From: an uncultured delta proteobacterium
GTDB taxonomy: Bacteria; Desulfobacterota; Binatia; UBA9968
DNA length: 64,000 nucleotides
Assembly (NCBI GenBank): GCA_963745035.1
Contig: CAVUVW010000013.1
Location: 544,001-608,000 of the forward strand
Reading direction: 5' to 3'
This document shows positions 58,009 through 64,000 of the stretch, one piece after another. Made by a program: the position numbers and the translations under genes. Position 1 is the first letter of the stretch. Every line of letters begins with the position of its first letter. Under the pieces are notes generated by a model. The model worked only from the letters and a program-made list of their open reading frames with translations, was not told the DNA's origin and ran no database searches.

Positions 58009-58127
58009 CAATCATACATCGCTTTTGTCATTTCGACCGTAGGGAAAAATCTTTCTTATCCCTCAAATGCGTTCGCATGACGCTTTGTGTCTCGAGCAAC
58101 TACCACCCTTTCAAGCAGGAGGTATCC

Positions 58128-58496
58128 ATGGAATCCCCGTTCAAAGTCACCGGCATCGATCACGTAGTTCTCCATGTCAAAGATTTGCCTCGCGCGAGAA
58201 AGTTCTACGTCGACTTTCTCGGCCTGGAAGTCGACCATGAACGCGATTGGCAGTGCTTTTTAAAGTGCGGCAGTCAAGGCATCGCGCTCTTCGAAGTCGA
58301 AGAAGGCGAAGACGTCCACGGCGGCAGCGAGGTGAATCATATGGCCCTCCAGTTGGTTTCAGGCGACTACGCGCGCGTCAAAAAGACTCTGGAAAACGCC
58401 GGCATCGAAGTTCACGGCCGCCAGGGCGACCCGCACTGCGTCTACTTCCGTGACCCTGACGGCCATCAACTGCAACTGTTGATGCCGAATGATTGA
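58128..58496 (+). CDS. VOC family protein
   Basis: GIDHVVLHVKDL, FYVDFLGL, NHMAL and YFRDPDGHQLQL; AGGAGG RBS. Confidence 0.9.
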   Translation: MESPFKVTGIDHVVLHVKDLPRARKFYVDFLGLEVDHERDWQCFLKCGSQGIALFEVEEGEDVHGGSEVNHMALQLVSGDYARVKKTLENAGIEVHGRQGDPHCVYFRDPDGHQLQLLMPND

Positions 58497-58663
58497 GGAT
58501 CGGAGTTCGCCTGGATTCCCGTTAAAAACATGGGGAATGACGGGATGTGAGAAGACGAAAACACGGCGGAACCTGTCGCAGAATACAGTTATCTGATCAA
58601 ATAATGACAAGTTAACCACTTATCCTTGCTTTTCTTTCCTCAAAGCCGGACGCTTGACCCGGC

Positions 58664-60385
58664 ATGAACAAACAGCACGACGCTCTGACCGTCGCCCTTA
58701 CCGGCCAGCTTTCGCTTGTGCTCATCGTCGCTGCCGTCCTCGCTTTGGCGGCGTCACTGTTTCTCCTGCGGCGCTATCGGCGCGTGGTGATCAAGTCCAT
58801 GCAGCGTCGCAGCCGAAGCGAGATCGCAACCCCGACCGGCTTCATGCCGCCGGAAGAGCCGCACAAACCGCCGGAGACGCCGGCGACTTTTAACGTAATC
58901 GACGCGGCAGCGCTCGGCACCGCCGTTGTTAAAACTACTCTGCTCTACCGGCAACTCCGCCGGCAGCCGTGGATTGCCGCGGCAATCTACGCGGTCGCCG
59001 GTCTAGCCTTCGCGGCGACCATGACCGCTGCTTTTCTGTGGGCCGGCAAGATGGCGCTGCTGCCGCTGCGCTTTTCGTATCTGACTTGGGTCAACGCCTG
59101 GCCGGTAGTCCTCACGACCAATCTGGTCGCGACGGCAACGCGCCGCTGCCGCATCATCGGCTTAGTCCTCTATTTTAGCGTCGGAATTGCGCTGGGTATT
59201 CTCCTGCTTCAGCGCAGTCCGGATCTGACGACTTTTCAGCTCGCTTATCTCTGGTCAGACGCCAGCTTGATTCCTTCCGTTCTATTGCTGTTCTTTTTGA
59301 ATCGTCGCATTCGCTCCGTCGGGCCATTGGTTTTGATTTTTATGATCGTCGGCGCCATCGGAGCCACCTTGCTCGTTTCGGTGTCCGGCAGCAGCCCCAA
59401 GCTGCTCCGCGCCATTGTGAATTTCTCGCACACAATCGGCCTCGGCGCGGGCGCCACCGTGGTGAGTTTACATCTGCTCGGTTTCGCGGTTTTCGCCATT
59501 GTCGGCTGGGTGATTTTGGATTCTTTGCGTCAAATGTACGAACGAAAGTATCTGAGCGACCGATCCGTCACTGTCGGCACGATCTGGTTGATTTTCGGTA
59601 TCGTCAATTCGATGGGTCTCGTCTTTCAAGGCGCCTCCTGGATTCTCAGCGGGGTGGTTGCGTTCGTTGTTTTCAAAATGATCAGTGCGCTGGGGTTCTA
59701 TCTGGTGCGCCCAGGCAAGAATGCAATGGGGCCGCGGCTGCTCCTGCTTCGGGTCTTCGCTTTGGGAAGGCGCAGTGAACGCCTCTATGATGCCTTGGGC
59801 AAACACTGGCGCACCGCGGGCAGCATTCAGATGATCGCCGGCCCTGATCTCGCCACCACCACCGTCGAGCCCCATGAATTTCTCGATTTTGTGACCGGCA
59901 AAATGGCGCGCCGCTTCATCGACTCCGGACAAACTCTCGACCTGAGGATCGAGCAGATGGATCTCAAGCACGACAGCGACGCATACTATCGCGTCACCGA
60001 GTTCTTCTGCCACGATGACACGTGGAAAATCACGTTGGCTCGCCTCGCCGACGACAGCGACGCCGTGTTGATGGACTTGCGCGGCTTTTCGCAAGGCAAC
60101 ACCGGCTGTATTTTCGAAATCAACGAGCTTTTCAACCTCGTGCCGCTTCAGCGCGTCGTCTTCGTCGTCGACGACAGCACCGACCAGCAGTTCATGCAGG
60201 ACACCATGCAGGCGGCGTGGCGGCGGATCAAAGAGCGCTCGCCCAACCGGCGCGCCGACGCCGGCCGGATCTCACTCGTCCGACTTTCCCATCTTGGCGG
60301 CAGGGAACTGCGCAACTTGTTCTACGCGGTCAGCGCCGCGGCTGCAGGGACGACCGGCCGGTCATCCCTAGCCATAAATCGCTAG
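58664..60385 (+). CDS. Hypothetical multi-pass membrane protein with a C-terminal alpha/beta cytoplasmic domain
   Basis: About 9 TM segments, then LLLLRVF, IAGPD, FCHDDTW and DAVLMDLRGFS..NTGCIFEI. Confidence 0.75.
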   Translation: MNKQHDALTVALTGQLSLVLIVAAVLALAASLFLLRRYRRVVIKSMQRRSRSEIATPTGFMPPEEPHKPPETPATFNVIDAAALGTAVVKTTLLYRQLRRQPWIAAAIYAVAGLAFAATMTAAFLWAGKMALLPLRFSYLTWVNAWPVVLTTNLVATATRRCRIIGLVLYFSVGIALGILLLQRSPDLTTFQLAYLWSDASLIPSVLLLFFLNRRIRSVGPLVLIFMIVGAIGATLLVSVSGSSPKLLRAIVNFSHTIGLGAGATVVSLHLLGFAVFAIVGWVILDSLRQMYERKYLSDRSVTVGTIWLIFGIVNSMGLVFQGASWILSGVVAFVVFKMISALGFYLVRPGKNAMGPRLLLLRVFALGRRSERLYDALGKHWRTAGSIQMIAGPDLATTTVEPHEFLDFVTGKMARRFIDSGQTLDLRIEQMDLKHDSDAYYRVTEFFCHDDTWKITLARLADDSDAVLMDLRGFSQGNTGCIFEINELFNLVPLQRVVFVVDDSTDQQFMQDTMQAAWRRIKERSPNRRADAGRISLVRLSHLGGRELRNLFYAVSAAAAGTTGRSSLAINR

Positions 60386-61332
60386 TGCCGATCGTGCCCG
60401 AACGTGCTTTTGTAGTCCCGCTGTAGCTCCTTGGGAATGAACTCGTCTTCGAGCTGATGAATTTTTTTGGCGGGAAGAATCGGGTCCTGGGTGCGCGGCA
60501 CCATGCCCCACCGGCTCGCCAGCGCCTGCTTGTTCCACTCTTCGAGCACTACGGGACCGCGCTCTTTAAATTCGTGCAGCAACTCCCAAGTCGCCTGCAG
60601 GCCGTTGGCGGTCGTCAGGCTTGGATAAAGCACCGCCGCGGCGCCGAGCTTTTCGAATTCCTCGAACGTCGGTGACGGGCGTGGGCCGTAGTAGGGCGCA
60701 ATCACCGGCGCGGGAATGCGCCGGCACGCCTCTTCGATTTCCTCGCGCTTGGTCAGCGTGTTTACCCAGATTGCATCGACGCCCCCTTCTTCCACGTAGG
60801 CGATGGACCGCTCGACCGCATCTTGAAAGTTGCCGCCTTCCGAGCCGATCGAATCGCAGCGCGCGCACACCACGAAATCGGGATCGAGCTCCTTTTTCCC
60901 CGCCACCGCGGCTTTGAATTTGCCGATCGCTTCCTCGCGGGAAATCAGGCGCCGGCCCGCCAGCGTGCCGGATTTTTTCGGCGCTTCCTGGTCTTCGATG
61001 TGCAGGCCCGCAGCGCCGGCGCGGATATACGCCTGCACCGTATGATAGACATTCACCGCATTGCCGTAGCCGGTATCGGCGTCCGCGAAGATGGGAATGT
61101 TGCACGCGGTAGTGAGCCGGCGCACCGCTTCGGTCATTTCGCTCAAACCGAGGAGCCCAACGTCCGGATAGCCGTAAACATAGGCGCACACCTGCGAGCC
61201 CGACATGAAGAATGCTTCATAGCCCAACACTTCTGACATGCGCGCGTGCAGCGGGCTGAAGCCGCCGGACATGACGAGCAGCTCGCTCCGCTTGAGCAGT
61301 TCACCGAATCTTGCCGTGAGTTTGTTTTCCAT
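60382..61332 (-). CDS. Isocitrate lyase/PEP mutase superfamily protein
   Basis: MSG, GYPDVG, ADADTGYG, IEDQ, ARCD and GVDAIW. Confidence 0.9.
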   Translation of the reverse strand: MENKLTARFGELLKRSELLVMSGGFSPLHARMSEVLGYEAFFMSGSQVCAYVYGYPDVGLLGLSEMTEAVRRLTTACNIPIFADADTGYGNAVNVYHTVQAYIRAGAAGLHIEDQEAPKKSGTLAGRRLISREEAIGKFKAAVAGKKELDPDFVVCARCDSIGSEGGNFQDAVERSIAYVEEGGVDAIWVNTLTKREEIEEACRRIPAPVIAPYYGPRPSPTFEEFEKLGAAAVLYPSLTTANGLQATWELLHEFKERGPVVLEEWNKQALASRWGMVPRTQDPILPAKKIHQLEDEFIPKELQRDYKSTFGHDRH

Positions 61333-61611
61333 AGAAAAATTTCCATATCACAACCCGGCGACGCGCGGAATGCGCACGTCGAGCCAGCTTAGTACGGCCC
61401 GGAACGCCTCCGAGGAAAACACCAGCGCGCCGGTCAATCTTTTTGACCCGGACGGCCAAAACTGTCATCGAGCCGCGCTAATTCGCCGTGGGGAAAAGCC
61501 GATTCGCCGGTACTTGGCTGTTTTCTGCGTAGCCCGTGAGTTGCTCTCTGCGGGACGAGAAGCGCGGGCTGCGAACTGCTGGCCGGCGCAAAGTAAGAAA
61601 AGGATCCGGCC

Positions 61612-62328
61612 CATGAACGGGACAAACCCACGGCTGACATCGGGAGAGCTCCTGGCGATCCCATACTCCGGCTATGCCGGCGGCGGTCGAGCCGGAACAA
61701 CCGCAATCGGCGCATTTGCATTTCGCGCCGCCGGCGGATTGGGAAGTCATGCCCGCCAGACCGTTCGACGAGGCCCTATTGAGCTCGTTGCAGTCACTGC
61801 TCTCTCTTGACGGCGGCCGCTACACGCAAGCCCTGGAGCGCTATGCGAGCGCCGTAAGTTCCGCTGGCGACGATCTGCGGATTCACAACGGACTGTACTT
61901 GACCAATCTCAAGCAGGGCTGTGGCGAGGCTGCCGCCGCGGCGTTCGGCAAATCGTCGAGTACGGCATGGCGAGAAACCGCTTCGCCATAAATTTTTTAT
62001 TCAAACCCGGGAGCGCAGTCTTTGCCGCGGAAAAGTCGACGAATGCCAATTACACGACGTGGTTGAATGAGATCGCGTGCCACGCGGCCCAGAGCAACGC
62101 CTGACTAGAAGTCGTCGGCCATACAAGCGGCTCCGGTCCCGAGCCCTTGAATGGAGGATCTCATTGCAGCGCGCCGAACACATAAGCCGCATCATCGCGC
62201 AGGGGCCAGGTTTCCGGGAAAATCTCGTCGGTACCGGCAACGACGATATGTCCGACTCGTTGGACCGCCGGGTGGCCTTCCGCGTCGTCTCCTGCATTCC
62301 AACGGACATGCGGACGGCACATCCTTAA
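61612..62328 (+). pseudogene. Degraded OmpA-family (peptidoglycan-binding) protein gene
   Basis: Fragments across frames: PFDEAL; LRIHNGLYLTN..AAFGK; IVEYG..FAIKFLFKPGS..WLNEIA..A*LEVVGHTS; SLQRAE; GFRENLVGTG.DD..D.LDRRV.F.V; contains a stop, frameshifts and apparent deletions. Confidence 0.65.
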
Positions 62329-62437
62329 CCGGCTCCTCCAGCGCCAAACTTTCCCTTGACGGCGCGACCGTCGCGCAATAACTTCTCCGAGCAATCACCG
62401 GCTCATTCCGCGGCCGCAGGCGGCCGGAGGAGGCCTT

Positions 62438-63427
62438 ATGTTTTGCTCGCAAAGAATTGGGCCGTGTTTTCTAATCACTCTGCTCGCGCTGCTTTGGTTT
62501 CACCCACAGCTTAGTGCCGCCGATAAAATACGCATCAGCTACACCGCTCCGGGACCGCAACACGGGCTTCTCTGGCTTGGCGATACCGCCGGGCTGTTCA
62601 AGAAGAACAATCTTGATCTCGAGATTATTTACATGCCCGGAAATATTTCGGCGCCGTCATTGATGTCCGGGGAGATACAATTCGGGCAAATGACCGGCGC
62701 ATTGATGTCGCCGATTCGGCTACAGGGCGGCGACCCGGTCATGCTTGTCAGCGTGCAAGAGCTGCTCGATGACCGGCTGGTCGTGCGGCCGAACATCAAA
62801 GCGCCCGAGGATCTTAAGGGCAAGCGCATTGCGATCTCACGCTTCGGCGCCGCCTCGCACATGCGCGTGCTCAACATGCTCCCGCGCTACGGCTTGAGCG
62901 AAAGAGACGTGACGTTTCTACAAATCGGCGATACGCCGGCGCGGATCATCGCCATGATCGGCAATTCCGTCGACGCGTCGAGCTTCTCGCCACCGGATCA
63001 TCTCGCTGCGGTGCAAGCGGGCATGAGGATCCTTTTAAATATGGCCGAGCTGAATATTTTTTACCAGGGCACCGGGCTGGTGACGACGCAGCGCTTCATC
63101 GCCAAGAATCGCGACGTGGCGAGGCGCATGGTGAAAAGCTACGTCGAAGCGATTCATATCGTGAGGACGAATCCGGAAATGACCAAGCGAGCCTTCGTGA
63201 AGTACCGCAAAACCAAGGACGAGAAGCAACTGGAAGATGCCTATCAAACCCTGCGCGAGGTGGTGAAGCCCAAGCCTTATCCGAACATGGAGAGCTTCAA
63301 GACGATCTTTAAAGACGTGAGCGACCGCATGCCCGCTGCGAAAACAGCCGACCCGAAAGAATTCGTCGACGTTAGCTTTCTTCGGGAACTGGACAAGTCG
63401 GGATATATCGATGGGCTATACCGATGA
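62438..63427 (+). CDS. ABC solute-binding protein, SsuA/NMT1-like
   Basis: Signal peptide; EDLKGKRIAISRFGA; KPYP; ELDKSGYIDGLYR as in 26680-27675. Confidence 0.9.
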   Translation: MFCSQRIGPCFLITLLALLWFHPQLSAADKIRISYTAPGPQHGLLWLGDTAGLFKKNNLDLEIIYMPGNISAPSLMSGEIQFGQMTGALMSPIRLQGGDPVMLVSVQELLDDRLVVRPNIKAPEDLKGKRIAISRFGAASHMRVLNMLPRYGLSERDVTFLQIGDTPARIIAMIGNSVDASSFSPPDHLAAVQAGMRILLNMAELNIFYQGTGLVTTQRFIAKNRDVARRMVKSYVEAIHIVRTNPEMTKRAFVKYRKTKDEKQLEDAYQTLREVVKPKPYPNMESFKTIFKDVSDRMPAAKTADPKEFVDVSFLRELDKSGYIDGLYR

Positions 63428-63481
63428 GAGGCTGCTGGACGGACCTTACCGGATTGTTTTACCTCTAGATTTTCCACCCCA

Positions 63482-63537
63482 TGGAGTGGGGTGTAGTGGA
63501 GTGATGGTTATTCGGACCCATCACTCCAACACTCCAG
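63482..63537. repeat. Inverted TGGAGTG / CACTCCA octamer-like arrays between convergent genes
   Basis: tggagtggggtgtagtggagtgatgg ... ccatcactccaacactcca; the same family occurs at about 10677-10727, 24351-24388 and 50968-51022. Confidence 0.7.
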
Positions 63538-63546
63538 TCTCTCTCC

Positions 63547-64000
63547 CTACTGCCCCAGCAGCTTTTTCATGCGCTCGATGATATCGGGCGGCTGGCTCAT
63601 CACATCTCTGACGATCTTTTCCAACTCTTCCCCGGGCACGGGATCGAGATCGAATTTGCGTTTGTCGAGCTCGGCGAGAAATTCTTTGTCTTCCATCGTC
63701 CTTTTAAACGCATCGCGCAGTATCTTCACACGATCGGCCGGCACGCCCGGCGTCGCCAGCATCGGTCTTCCCAACGCACCGGACGCGAGCATCACGCTGG
63801 CGAGACGGCGAGACGATTCCGGCGTTTTATATCGATCCATCAGCTCCCATAAAGTCTCGGTCTCCGGCAGCTTGCTGTCGCGTTTCTTGCCGGTTTGAAT
63901 GATGTTGCGGACAAAACCCTTCTTGCGCCAGGTGTGGTACGGCTCGCGCGATAGAAACGCTTCGATGGTGAAAGCCCGGCAATGAATCTCGCCTCTCTCT
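63547..64000 (-). CDS. Bug/TctC substrate-binding protein (3' part; starts beyond the window)
   Basis: ERGEIHCRAFTI..SREPYHTWRKKGF...GRPMLATPGVPADRV; close paralog of 34987-36012. Confidence 0.88.
   Translation of the reverse strand, partial: ERGEIHCRAFTIEAFLSREPYHTWRKKGFVRNIIQTGKKRDSKLPETETLWELMDRYKTPESSRRLASVMLASGALGRPMLATPGVPADRVKILRDAFKRTMEDKEFLAELDKRKFDLDPVPGEELEKIVRDVMSQPPDIIERMKKLLGQ

Noticed and set aside
62102-62104. In-frame TGA at a probable Cys position (A*LEVVGH) in the OmpA-like sequence as a third selenocysteine
   Set aside because: The surrounding gene has frameshifts and apparent deletions, and no hairpin like the UGSC SECIS follows; a nonsense mutation in a pseudogene is simpler
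3614-63898. Many long overlapping or antisense ORFs in the six-frame track (e.g. 5880-7088, 19444-20526, 32226-33509, 43958-45271, 46041-47252)
   Set aside because: They are Arg/Ala-rich shadow frames of high-GC genes with clear family motifs in another frame

Overview
High-GC bacterial chromosome segment, with no rRNA, tRNA or CRISPR array recognised. The gene mix (many orphan solute-binding proteins, amidohydrolase-2 paralogs, short intergenic repeats) resembles Candidatus Binatia/Binatota; this taxonomy is an inference only. The left ~3.6 kb looks lower in GC (O-methyltransferase, arylsulfotransferase, dienelactone hydrolase) and ends at a tyrosine-recombinase remnant. The core holds 16 periplasmic solute-binding proteins (10 SsuA/NMT1-like, 4 Bug/TctC, 1 TAXI, 1 cluster-D-like) with no cognate permease or ATPase. 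It also holds four amidohydrolases, two hydroxycinnamoyl-CoA hydratase/lyase-like plus acyl-CoA dehydrogenase gene pairs, two class III CoA-transferases, a REC-REC-GAF-GGDEF-EAL protein and a MoxR/DUF58/RDD/SpoIIM operon. The most notable item, split by the ORF track, is a tandemly duplicated module [UGSC selenoprotein - conserved partner protein - SBP - SBP] at 22275-30435. Both selenoprotein genes have an in-frame UGA in a U-G-S-C motif followed, 11 nt downstream, by an identical SECIS-like hairpin. One copy has a strong intrinsic terminator between selenoprotein and partner; the other has a REP-flanked DUF559 nuclease inserted at the same position. Several single-base frameshifts are probably assembly errors.
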